A DNA stretch of 49,567 nucleotides from Gemmatimonadota bacterium (GTDB lineage Bacteria > Gemmatimonadota > Gemmatimonadetes > Palauibacterales > KS3-K002), in contig JBDHHZ010000011.1 in NCBI GenBank assembly GCA_039589115.1, positions 1 through 49,567 on the forward strand. The letters run 5' to 3'. The notes under the pieces were generated by a model. The model saw only the letters and a program-made list of their open reading frames with translations. It was not told where the DNA came from and ran no database searches. Within the stretch, counting starts at the first letter, position 1. Each line of letters begins with the position of its first letter. Below, piece by piece: positions 33,413-41,557 of this stretch. The position numbers and the translations under genes were made by a program.

Positions 33413-34678
33413 TTACTCCCCGCAGCTTTTGAGAGCCTTCATGGCGACGCCGGTGGCGTCTCGCACGCATGTGGCCACATCCGTGGGGCGCTTGGCACAT
33501 CCGGCGGCCAGCAGCCCCGCTTGCTCCTGCTCGCTGGTCAGAAATCCGAACTCGTCGGTCCGCAGACCGCCGTCCACCTGCACATCACCAGCGTCGGCCG
33601 GTACCAGGCCGGTCGCCAGCACGACGAGGTCGACCTTCTGTCTCACACGCTCGGTCGTGAGCGTGTCTTCTGCCTCGACTTCCAGGTATCCAGAAGCATC
33701 CTCGGTGATCTTCGCCACCTTGCCCTTGATCAGGCTGAGCTTCTCGTCCTTCTCGGTCGCGGCGAAGAAATCCTCCAGCCGGCCCGGCGCGCGGATGTCT
33801 ATATAGAAGACATAGATCTGCGCTTCCGGGTATTGCTCGCGGACGTAGCGTGCCTGCTTGAGAGAGCCCAGGCAGCAGACCCCGGAGCAGTGTTTCAGGT
33901 AGTCCTCGTCGCGCGAGCCGGCGCACTGCACGAACGCAATGCTGTCGATTCCCTTCCCGTCGGAAGGCCTCTGGATCTTCCCGCCCGTCGGCCCGTTGCC
34001 CGAGGCCAGGCGCTCCATCATGAGATTCGTGATCACGTTGGGATACACCCCGAATCCCAGGTTCTCGATCTTCTCCGCGGCGAACGGGCTCCAGCCCGTC
34101 GCCCAGATCACCGCCTGAACCTCCAGCTCGATCGTCTCGGGCTGCATTTCGAGGTCGATCGCATCGTACGGGCACGCCGGAACGCATTTCGCGCATTCGC
34201 TACCCGGACACACGCTGCCGTCGATCACGAACTGCATGGGGTGAGCCATCTCGAACGGCAGATAGACCGCCTTCGTCACACTCATACCGCAGTTGAACTC
34301 GTCGGAGCGCTCCACCGGGCAGGCTTCGACGCAAGCTCCGCACGCCGTGCACTTTGCGTTCACATAACGCGGGGTACGCTGGATCGTGGCTTTGTAGTCA
34401 CCGGGTCCGCCCGTGATCTTCTCGACCTGTGACAGCGTCAGGCACCGAATGCGTGGGCTCGTTCTGATGCGACGGAAGTTGATCTCCAGGCCGCAGGTCG
34501 GTGGGCAGAGCTTCGGGAAGTACTGGCTCATCTGTGCCACGCGGCCGCCGAGGTAGGGGTTCTTCTCGACCAGAACCACCTCACAGCCCGCTTCGGAGGC
34601 TTCTATGGCGGCGGTGATGCCGCTAATGCCTCCGCCGATCACGAGGACGCTTCCCCGCTTCCCGTTTCCGCTCATCAT
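33413..34678 (-). CDS. qmoA: QmoA, HdrA-like flavoprotein
   Basis: VIGGGISGITAA FAD fold; CTACGACVEACP and CAKCVPACP ferredoxin motifs; CAGSRD. The start overlaps the stop of the upstream Cys-cluster gene. Confidence 0.9.
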   Translation of the reverse strand: MMSGNGKRGSVLVIGGGISGITAAIEASEAGCEVVLVEKNPYLGGRVAQMSQYFPKLCPPTCGLEINFRRIRTSPRIRCLTLSQVEKITGGPGDYKATIQRTPRYVNAKCTACGACVEACPVERSDEFNCGMSVTKAVYLPFEMAHPMQFVIDGSVCPGSECAKCVPACPYDAIDLEMQPETIELEVQAVIWATGWSPFAAEKIENLGFGVYPNVITNLMMERLASGNGPTGGKIQRPSDGKGIDSIAFVQCAGSRDEDYLKHCSGVCCLGSLKQARYVREQYPEAQIYVFYIDIRAPGRLEDFFAATEKDEKLSLIKGKVAKITEDASGYLEVEAEDTLTTERVRQKVDLVVLATGLVPADAGDVQVDGGLRTDEFGFLTSEQEQAGLLAAGCAKRPTDVATCVRDATGVAMKALKSCGE

Positions 34679-35568
34679 GTATCCTCGTCGCGGGCCGTGG
34701 CCGGCTTTCCGCTGAACACTTCCCTCTTGTCGACGCTGCCCTTGAACGCATCGACGACCTCCGGCCTGGCCCTTACGGTCGGCTCGCCGAATAGGCTGAA
34801 CCGCAGCCAGAGGAACGCGAAGCGCAACAGCGCCTCGTCGTCGTTGCGCATCTCTTCCACGAAGTCCTCATCCACATCAAACCGCTGCAGCAGCGTGCTG
34901 TCGAACACGAACTCCCTGAACTTGTCCAGGTCGTAGGCCGCGGTGAACAGCATGTGCATCTTCGGTGGGGAGAGGACCCCGCCATCCTCGAAGAACGAGT
35001 GGAGCGTCAGTTCCTTGAACGCTTCACCCCACTCGTCGTATTCATCGATACCCTGGTCGTCGAGGAATTCGCGAATCGTCCACTCGTGCGACTCGCCGAA
35101 CCCTTTACAGCCCTCTTCCTGCAGGAGGAAGTAGAAGCGGTCCCCTCGCCAGCCGTCCGGGGTGTCCTTCTGAGCCGCCAGCCCCAGGGGGTACATACGG
35201 CAGGGCCACGGCCGGTCGGAGTAGATGCCGCAGCCGCCTTCCGTCAAGAACGGACAGGTTTTGACCTCCCCGTCATTCATGCGCATCATGACTACGGGAG
35301 TCTTCATGTCCTTCTGGACGGGGAGCAGCGCGTACTTGTCGAGGAACTCGCTGGACGTCATGCCCAGGCGTCGCTTCATGCGCAGGACGTCGTAAGGGGA
35401 CAGGAAGATGTTCACGTCACTGCAGCACTTATTGAAACAGGAGACGCCTGGGTGACACGCGAACTTGAACGTGTCGTCCGGGCCCAGTCTGGGGTGATCT
35501 GTCAGGATCTTCTCTTCTAGTTGGCCACGCGGGTCCTCGATGACCGGGGGTTTCTTCTCGTCGGTCAT
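34675..35568 (-). CDS. YkgJ/UPF0153-type Cys-cluster protein with ~150-aa C-terminal extension, inserted between aprA and qmoA
   Basis: FACHPGVSCFNKCCSDVNIFL..CPFLTEGGCGIYSDRPWPCRMYP matches the CxxCxxCC zinc/iron-chelating family pattern. ATGA-type overlaps with both neighbours. Confidence 0.65.
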   Translation of the reverse strand: MTDEKKPPVIEDPRGQLEEKILTDHPRLGPDDTFKFACHPGVSCFNKCCSDVNIFLSPYDVLRMKRRLGMTSSEFLDKYALLPVQKDMKTPVVMMRMNDGEVKTCPFLTEGGCGIYSDRPWPCRMYPLGLAAQKDTPDGWRGDRFYFLLQEEGCKGFGESHEWTIREFLDDQGIDEYDEWGEAFKELTLHSFFEDGGVLSPPKMHMLFTAAYDLDKFREFVFDSTLLQRFDVDEDFVEEMRNDDEALLRFAFLWLRFSLFGEPTVRARPEVVDAFKGSVDKREVFSGKPATARDEDT

Positions 35569-35849
35569 TCGTCCTCTCCTTCCTCATCCTCCACGATCAT
35601 CTCCCGCGTCGCGGAGTCCGACCAGACCGGAATCATCGACGAGACACCGGTGGTGGGATTGACCATGTATCGGTACGACGCATGTTGGCTGAACTGCTGC
35701 TCCATCCACGCCCATCCCTCCTGGTAGTACGAGCAGTCGTCGTTGAAGCAGACGAAGAGGAATTCCTCGATCCACGTGGCGGCGTCCGGGACAAGCCATT
35801 TCTTGAGACGGGCGCCACAATGTGCGCAGGTTCGGGATGCTTCAGACAT
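35565..35849 (-). CDS. Small 4-Cys (zinc-ribbon-like) protein with acidic tail
   Basis: ORF 35565..35939 trimmed to ATG 35849 (GAGGAG SD, 4-nt spacer). MSEASRTCAHCGARL..FVCFNDDCSYY gives CxxC...Cx4C. Ends EDEEGEDE. The stop overlaps the next start. Confidence 0.45.
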   Translation of the reverse strand: MSEASRTCAHCGARLKKWLVPDAATWIEEFLFVCFNDDCSYYQEGWAWMEQQFSQHASYRYMVNPTTGVSSMIPVWSDSATREMIVEDEEGEDE

Positions 35850-35964
35850 CGGGCTCCTCGATCCGTCTCGGACTGCCGGGGTGACCATAGAGCGGTCGAT
35901 CACCACACCGGTGTGGCGTAAGGAAACAGCGCTTGACATAGGACGAGCCTGGGAATGAGGAGCG

Positions 35965-36007
35965 CCCGGATCTTCGAGCGTCGCGATGCGACGCTCGAAG
36001 ATCCGGG
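35965..36007 (-). terminator. Perfect 20-bp stem / 3-nt loop hairpin immediately downstream of aprA (partial terminator or mRNA-stabilising element)
   Basis: CCCGGATCTTCGAGCGTCGC-gat-GCGACGCTCGAAGATCCGGG read directly. It begins 13 nt after the aprA stop (36021). No U-tract follows on the minus strand, so classical intrinsic termination is uncertain. Confidence 0.5.
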
Positions 36008-36020
36008 AACTCGTGAATCA

Positions 36021-37913
36021 CTAACTCGCGATGTACTTGACGGGCTTCTTCATCATCGTCCACTCGCCCGTGTCCTTGTCGTACGTGCAGTTGCAAAAGG
36101 CAAGCCAGTTCTTGTTGTCCATGCTCGGCTTGTCCGTGCGGAAGTAGTAGCCCGGCCAGCGGGTCTCCTCCCGGAACAAGATGGAGCGCATGTGGGCATC
36201 CGCCTGGAACATGCGGTGGACGTTCTCCCAGCAGCGCATCAGCTCGTGCAGGTCCTTTGCGGCCAGTTTGTCGGCATCCTCCCTCAAGAAGGTCAGCAGC
36301 TCCATTCCCTTCTCGAGGAGCTTGTCGCTGGTCTTGAACTGACTGGACACGCCACCCGCGTACTCGTCCATGATCTTCTGCAAGCGGTACATGAACTGCG
36401 TAGGACGGATGTAGTTGGGGTTGATGTCCGGGTCAGTGGTCTGAGCACTATGCTCCTCGAAGGTGGCCAAGGGCTTGAGGATCTCGGCCGTTAGCGCGTC
36501 GACCTGGGCCTGATCCACCTTGGGCGCCTCGTTGTTGTCGACGATATAGGAGATCGCGGCCTTAGCTGCGATGCGCCCTTCGGCGTGTGAGCCGGATGAG
36601 AACTTGTGGCTCGAGGCTCCGGAGGCGTCGCCGGCGGCGAACATGCCGCTTACCGTGGTCATGTGCGGGTAGCCCCAGAAGTACTCGTCCTTGGTCTCGG
36701 CGGTCTGCAGGTCTTCCGGACCGGAGAGCCAGGCGCCGGACGCGCCGGAGTGCGACCCGATGAAGTACGGGTCACAGGCCATGATCTCGGAGGCCTTCTT
36801 CTCGGGCTCGACGTTCGTGGCGGCCCAGAGGATCGCCTGCGAGATCGTCATGTCGAGGAAGTCCTCCCAAGCCTCGGCCTCCAGCTCCTTCAGCTTCTTC
36901 TTCGCCGCCTTCTCGTCGGGCGCTGTGTCGGCGATCTTCTTGATCGCTTCGGCGGTCTGCATATAGATCGGGCTCTTGCCGTCCGCCACGTCCAGCATCA
37001 TCAGCCAGTTGCGAATATTGGCGGGCCGCGGCTTCACCTTGCCGTAGGGCTCCCACTTGTCCAGCTCGCCGGCGTTCTCCTGCATGTAGTTGCCACCCTC
37101 GGCGTTGGTCGCGATGGCCTTGAAGAGCAGGAACCACGCGCCCACCGGGCCGTAGGCGTCCTTGAAACGTACGGGGATGAAGCGGACTTCCTGGCAGGTC
37201 ATCTCGGCGCCGCCGTAGATGGTGAAGAAGGCGCTGGCGCCGGAATTGAACGGTGGGTACCAGGAGCGGCCGAAGCCCTCACCGGTCGAACGCGGCTTGA
37301 ACACGTGCACCGCGCCGCCCATGGCGACCATCGTGGCCTTCGCCTTGAACACGTACATCTTGTTTTCCCTGACGCTGAATCCGATGGCGCCTACGCACTT
37401 ATCGCCATCCACCAGCGGATGCGTGATGAACACGCGCTCGAAGTACTCGCCGCCGGCCTCTGCCAGTGCGTTCTTCGCGGCCTCAGCAACGATGACCTTG
37501 TAGGACTCGCCGTTGATCATCAACTGCCAGCGGCCCTCGTGGACGTACTTGCCGTCCTTGTCCTTCCAAATCGGCAGGCCCCACTTCTCGAACAGGTGGA
37601 CACTCGAATCCACGTGGCGCGCGATGCTGACCACGAGGTCCTCGCGGGTGATGCCCATGAGGTCGTTGCGGACGTAGTCGACGTAGTCCTTCAGCGTGTT
37701 GTTGCCGCTGTTCAGGTCCACGTACTGGTTGATGGCCGACAGCCCCATGGCGACCGCACCCGAGCGGTCCATGGCAGCCTTGTCGACCACGGTAACCTTC
37801 AACCCCTGCTTCTTCGCCCAGTAGGACGCTTCGACCGCCGCGCCGCAAGCGGCCATTCCGCCGCCGCAGATCAGCAGATCGGTCTCAACCGTTACGGTCT
37901 CGAAATCCGGCAT
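36021..37913 (-). CDS. aprA: Adenylylsulfate (APS) reductase alpha subunit
   Basis: 630 aa. FAD fold DLLICGGGMAACGAA; fumarate-reductase/succinate-dehydrogenase-like flavoprotein with AprA-typical length. Follows aprB. Confidence 0.95.
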   Translation of the reverse strand: MPDFETVTVETDLLICGGGMAACGAAVEASYWAKKQGLKVTVVDKAAMDRSGAVAMGLSAINQYVDLNSGNNTLKDYVDYVRNDLMGITREDLVVSIARHVDSSVHLFEKWGLPIWKDKDGKYVHEGRWQLMINGESYKVIVAEAAKNALAEAGGEYFERVFITHPLVDGDKCVGAIGFSVRENKMYVFKAKATMVAMGGAVHVFKPRSTGEGFGRSWYPPFNSGASAFFTIYGGAEMTCQEVRFIPVRFKDAYGPVGAWFLLFKAIATNAEGGNYMQENAGELDKWEPYGKVKPRPANIRNWLMMLDVADGKSPIYMQTAEAIKKIADTAPDEKAAKKKLKELEAEAWEDFLDMTISQAILWAATNVEPEKKASEIMACDPYFIGSHSGASGAWLSGPEDLQTAETKDEYFWGYPHMTTVSGMFAAGDASGASSHKFSSGSHAEGRIAAKAAISYIVDNNEAPKVDQAQVDALTAEILKPLATFEEHSAQTTDPDINPNYIRPTQFMYRLQKIMDEYAGGVSSQFKTSDKLLEKGMELLTFLREDADKLAAKDLHELMRCWENVHRMFQADAHMRSILFREETRWPGYYFRTDKPSMDNKNWLAFCNCTYDKDTGEWTMMKKPVKYIAS

Positions 37914-37965
37914 TTTTGCATATCTCCCTTGATGTTCGTCGTCTGAAGAGATCAGGAATCCCCGA

Positions 37966-38433
37966 CTACAGCGTCGGTATCTTGTCCAACTTGACCGGAC
38001 CTAGCTCGGTGTTCAGGCCGGCCGGCTCGCACATCAGCGTCGGGCTCTTCAGGTCGTCGTCGCCGGTCGGATAGTGATCGAACGGCTGTGCCTTGCCTTC
38101 GTCGACACCCCTGCGGATCGGGAACTTGAACCGCTTCGGCTTGATCTCCTTGCTGCGGAACTGCAGGGTCCACATGATGTCCTCACTGCTGCGCAGCGCC
38201 GTCACGCTCGCGCCCAGCGGAATGAAGTCCTGGTAACCGCGCACCTCGATCGCCTGGGTCGGGCAGATCTTCACGCAGCTGTAGCACTCCCAGCACATCT
38301 GCGGATCCTGGTTGAAAGCCTTCATGGCCTCCTTGTCCAAGACCATGAGATCGTTCGGGCAAATGTGCTGGCAGGCGGTCTTGTCTAGCGCCTTGCACCC
38401 GTCACACTTGTCCGCAATCACGTAACTCGGCAT
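37966..38433 (-). CDS. aprB: Adenylylsulfate (APS) reductase beta subunit
   Basis: MPSYVIADKCDGCKALDKTACQHICPNDLM and CWECYSCVKICPTQAI (2x4Fe-4S), plus the AprB-type C-terminal tail. Confidence 0.95.
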   Translation of the reverse strand: MPSYVIADKCDGCKALDKTACQHICPNDLMVLDKEAMKAFNQDPQMCWECYSCVKICPTQAIEVRGYQDFIPLGASVTALRSSEDIMWTLQFRSKEIKPKRFKFPIRRGVDEGKAQPFDHYPTGDDDLKSPTLMCEPAGLNTELGPVKLDKIPTL

Positions 38434-38607
38434 CTCCGCGCCTCCTGGTCGAATTGTACGTAATCGGACACCCCTACAAAGCTATCGCCGCACGTCCGCG
38501 GGTAGCTTCCCCCTGGCTGGAAGCGCGTCACTGCTGCGGACGCTTCGCCTACGGCCGGTCTTTCCCTGATGTTCCGGGACCGCGCCAGGGCTCTAACAAG
38601 TCTGTGC

Positions 38608-38654
38608 GATTTTAATCACGATTGGGGCTGGCTTCCGAGATTTTTGTCACGATT
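38608..38654. promoter_or_regulatory. Two 16-nt direct repeats (GATTTTAATCACGATT / GATTTTTGTCACGATT) in the AT-richer region upstream of aprB
   Basis: 14/16 identical, start-to-start spacing 31 bp, 175-221 bp upstream of the aprB start inside the 344-bp intergenic region 38434-38777. Candidate transcription-factor sites; no regulator assigned. Confidence 0.3.
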
Positions 38655-38777
38655 AAGATGGCAAGGTATTTCCTCCGGCGCAAGACCGGCTAGACCGGGC
38701 AGGAAAGGTCCCAGTATTTGGAGCCTATTTGGGGGGTGCGCGGCCCTCGAAGGGCAGTGAGTCTCCGCGGTACGCGC

Positions 38778-40985
38778 CTAGGAACCGGCCAGCGAGCGCA
38801 GGCGATTCTCGATCGACTCCTCCGCCTCCTCTACAGCGCGGAGGAAGTGCGGTCGGGAGCGCATCGCTTCGGCGAAGGCGGCCACCGCCAGGTCGAGATC
38901 CTCCGCGGTCCAGAGTGTGAGACCGGGCGGCGTCTCCCTGCTGCTGATCGAGCCGAACGTATTGAAGTCGACCACTCGGAGGGGCCGCTCGGCGAAATCC
39001 CGCAAGCCGCTGAGCGTCTCGACATCGAGGACGGGTTCCTCGTAGTCGATGCCGAAGTACACGAAGTCCGCATCCGCGATCGCACGAGTGACGCCGGCCT
39101 CCGAGTATGACTGGACACGTAGGCGTTTCCCGTGACCGATGGCGCCGCGCAGCAGCTTCAGCTGGCCATGGTGCCCTCTGTGCACCAGCGTCATCTGGTT
39201 CTTGGGTACGTCGAAGTGGTCGGACAGCGCGGCCAGGATCGAACGCGAGGTGGCCGATCCGCCAATCACCACGTGGCGACACTCGTCCATGTGGGCGCCG
39301 TCCACCTCATGGACCCGTGTGAGGGCAGCCAGACAGAAACCGGGGCTGAAGCGGCTCCACGTGGTCTCGGCCCGCACATCGTGCGACAGCGCCACCGCGC
39401 TCTTCACCAGACAGGTCGCACGAGGGCCTGCGGTTCCGGCGCGCTCCGCCATCCGGCACGCCGTCTGCAGCTGCGCTACCACATCGCTGTCTCCGGGCAA
39501 CGCACTGTTGAGGCCGGCTGCGGTACGCATCATATGATGCCAAGCGTCGATGCCGAACAGCGTGTTCAACTCGAGCCCTTCGGGCTCGGCACCGTACAGC
39601 CGGCCGCGTATCTGCTCCACAGCGCGCTTACGAGCGGCCAGGTCGCCTGGATCCGCGAGCCATCCGTAGAACTCGATTCGCTGACAGGTATTCCAGACGA
39701 ACGCCTCGCGAGCGTCCGGCAGTTCCCGCACCCAGTCCAGGAACGCGAGGACCTCCTTGCGGGTCTTCCTCACCTTCCCGAAGGCGCGCGGATGGCTGTA
39801 CCTCATGTGTGGGCCGCGGCCCGAACGGACCCCACCCTCGAACGAGACGCCGATCATCACCAGCGACTCGGGTTCGCCGTCGCAGACCTCCGACTCCGGC
39901 TTCGGTCTCAGCAGTGGAATCGGCGCCGCCCGATCCGGCGTCATCGGACGTGGCCCGCGAAGTACCAGATTCCTCAGAGCTGCGATGAACGGCTCGGAAG
40001 CGTTCAGCGCCGGGCACAGGTGGAGGTGGCCGCCGCCGGCCTCGAAGGCCTCCCGGCATACCAGACCGATCTCTCCCAGCGTCTCCATGCCATCGACGGG
40101 TGAGGTGATCGGGCAGATTAGCACCTTCTTCTCACCCGCCGCGGCAAGCTCGGCAAGCCTCTCCCGGATGTCGGGGCGGAGCGACCGAACAGGAGCGGGG
40201 CGAGGCTGGTAGGCCAGAGAGGTCCGCTCCATCGGCCAGCCCAGCCGGTCGGCGACCAGCCTGACCGTCCGTCTCACCTGCCCGGCATAGAGGGATCCCC
40301 CGTGAGCCCTGGAGGCCGGTTGGTCGTGCGCGCAGAACACCAGGTGCGTGTCGTCCGGCCACAGATTTCGCGACGCCGCGTAGTCGGCGAGGGTTCGGGC
40401 CTGCGCCTTCACGTACCCCACGTCGTCATACCACGTGGAACGCAACGCCACATTGATGTGCTGCCCCGTGTGTCTGAGGACTCGGTGCAGCTCGCGCATG
40501 ATGGTGCCGGACGTGGCACGATTGAACTGCGGATGCATCGGCACGACCACAAGGTCGTCGATGCCGTCCGCCTCCACCTGGCTCATGACCTCGGCGACCG
40601 CTGGCTGGCCATAGCGCTTTGCCACGTAGACGGTCCAGCCTTCGGGCAGCGCGGTGGCGAGGGCCGAGGCCTGATCCGATATGATGACCGCCAACGGAGC
40701 CCCGCGAACATCCCAGATCTGGCGGTACAGGTCGGCCGAGCGAGGTGCCAGGCGCGCGGCGCGAGACCGGCCGAGGACCTTGTGAAGCCACCTCAGCCCC
40801 AGAGGCCACTTGACGACCGAAGAGTCGGTGAAGGACTCCGCCAGGAACTCGCGCACCGACCCAACGTCTGGCCCATCGGGTGTTCCCAGACCGATCAGCA
40901 CGACGCCCCGGCGCCGCCGAGCCGGCGACGAGCGGTCGCCGCGCGATGACGGCACAGATGATTCGGAGTTGGCTAGCTGCCCCAA
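38778..40985 (-). CDS. Fusion protein: ferrochelatase-like N-terminal half + glutamyl-tRNA reductase-like C-terminal half
   Basis: Continuous 735-aa ORF. The N-terminal half is ferrochelatase-like (VVLIGLGTPDGPD..VREFL, VVVPMHPQF, LVFCAHDQP). The C-terminal half is GluTR-like (LVMIGVSF.., WNTCQRIEFYGW with catalytic-type Cys, MMRTAAGLNSALPGDSDVVAQL, Rossmann-like VVIGGSATS). Junction near 39900-39950. Confidence 0.7.
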   Translation of the reverse strand: MGQLANSESSVPSSRGDRSSPARRRRGVVLIGLGTPDGPDVGSVREFLAESFTDSSVVKWPLGLRWLHKVLGRSRAARLAPRSADLYRQIWDVRGAPLAVIISDQASALATALPEGWTVYVAKRYGQPAVAEVMSQVEADGIDDLVVVPMHPQFNRATSGTIMRELHRVLRHTGQHINVALRSTWYDDVGYVKAQARTLADYAASRNLWPDDTHLVFCAHDQPASRAHGGSLYAGQVRRTVRLVADRLGWPMERTSLAYQPRPAPVRSLRPDIRERLAELAAAGEKKVLICPITSPVDGMETLGEIGLVCREAFEAGGGHLHLCPALNASEPFIAALRNLVLRGPRPMTPDRAAPIPLLRPKPESEVCDGEPESLVMIGVSFEGGVRSGRGPHMRYSHPRAFGKVRKTRKEVLAFLDWVRELPDAREAFVWNTCQRIEFYGWLADPGDLAARKRAVEQIRGRLYGAEPEGLELNTLFGIDAWHHMMRTAAGLNSALPGDSDVVAQLQTACRMAERAGTAGPRATCLVKSAVALSHDVRAETTWSRFSPGFCLAALTRVHEVDGAHMDECRHVVIGGSATSRSILAALSDHFDVPKNQMTLVHRGHHGQLKLLRGAIGHGKRLRVQSYSEAGVTRAIADADFVYFGIDYEEPVLDVETLSGLRDFAERPLRVVDFNTFGSISSRETPPGLTLWTAEDLDLAVAAFAEAMRSRPHFLRAVEEAEESIENRLRSLAGS

Positions 40986-41029
40986 GCCCTGATCCCCCGC
41001 GTCACACCCTGATAATCTCTAATGGAAGC

Positions 41030-41536
41030 TCACGGCTGGGGCCCGAACCTGCCTTCCTGGCCGATGAGATCCGCGATCTGGTCGCGTGTGCGCCTCGCTA
41101 GCGCTGGATCGCGGCCGCCGGTGAAGACGGCGATCGTGACGTCGTCGCCTTCCAGTAGGGCACCGAAGATCACCTGTGAGCGCTCGGCCGATGAGGCGTC
41201 GCACGCCAGTACACGGTTTTGGACTGCAGCCTGGATGACGGCCGCGTTTCGCTCATCGTCATCCGTGGCGGCGACGGCGAAGAATGCACCGCCCACATGC
41301 TCCTCGCGGAAGGAGTCCCGCACCCAGCGGACGCGGCCGGCGTCGATCTGCTCGGCCAACTCGTCTGTGACCGCAGGTGAGACCACCGTCACGACTGCCC
41401 CGGCACGCGTGAGGGTGACGGCCTTGCGAGTCCCAACGCTTCCGCCACCGACGACCAGGCAGTTCTTGCTCCGGACGTCGAGTCCTACCGGAAGGAAGCG
41501 GGTTGTGTCCGAGGGATCGCTGGTCATGTCCTCCAA
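41030..41536 (-). CDS. sirC: Precorrin-2 dehydrogenase / siroheme synthase N-terminal-domain protein (SirC/Met8-like)
   Basis: FLPVGLDVRSKNCLVVGGGSVGTRKAVTLTRAGAVVTVVSP is the typical NAD-binding N-terminus of CysG(N)/SirC. 168 aa. Confidence 0.8.
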   Translation of the reverse strand: MEDMTSDPSDTTRFLPVGLDVRSKNCLVVGGGSVGTRKAVTLTRAGAVVTVVSPAVTDELAEQIDAGRVRWVRDSFREEHVGGAFFAVAATDDDERNAAVIQAAVQNRVLACDASSAERSQVIFGALLEGDDVTIAVFTGGRDPALARRTRDQIADLIGQEGRFGPQP

Positions 41537-41557
41537 GACCTCATCGACTGTCTCGGT

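Noticed and set aside
32489-34432. Plus-strand ORFs 32489..33355 and 33377..34432 (288 and 351 aa)
   Set aside because: Antisense to qmoB and qmoA, with no motifs. Typical GC-rich shadow ORFs.
36606-37946. 446-aa ORF on the plus strand
   Set aside because: Entirely antisense to aprA, whose motifs are unambiguous. The composition is Gly/Arg/Val/Leu-rich, typical of spurious reverse-frame ORFs in GC-rich DNA.
38560-38700. Sigma70 promoter or Rex/Crp-type operator for aprB
   Set aside because: Candidate hexamers (TTGCCA, TAAAAT) lack proper spacing. The TCACGATT repeats do not match the Rex (TTGTGAA-N6-TTCACAA) or Crp/Fnr consensus, so only the repeats themselves are reported.
39132-40103. 323-aa plus-strand ORF
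   Set aside because: Antisense to the ferrochelatase::GluTR-like ORF, with no recognisable domain.
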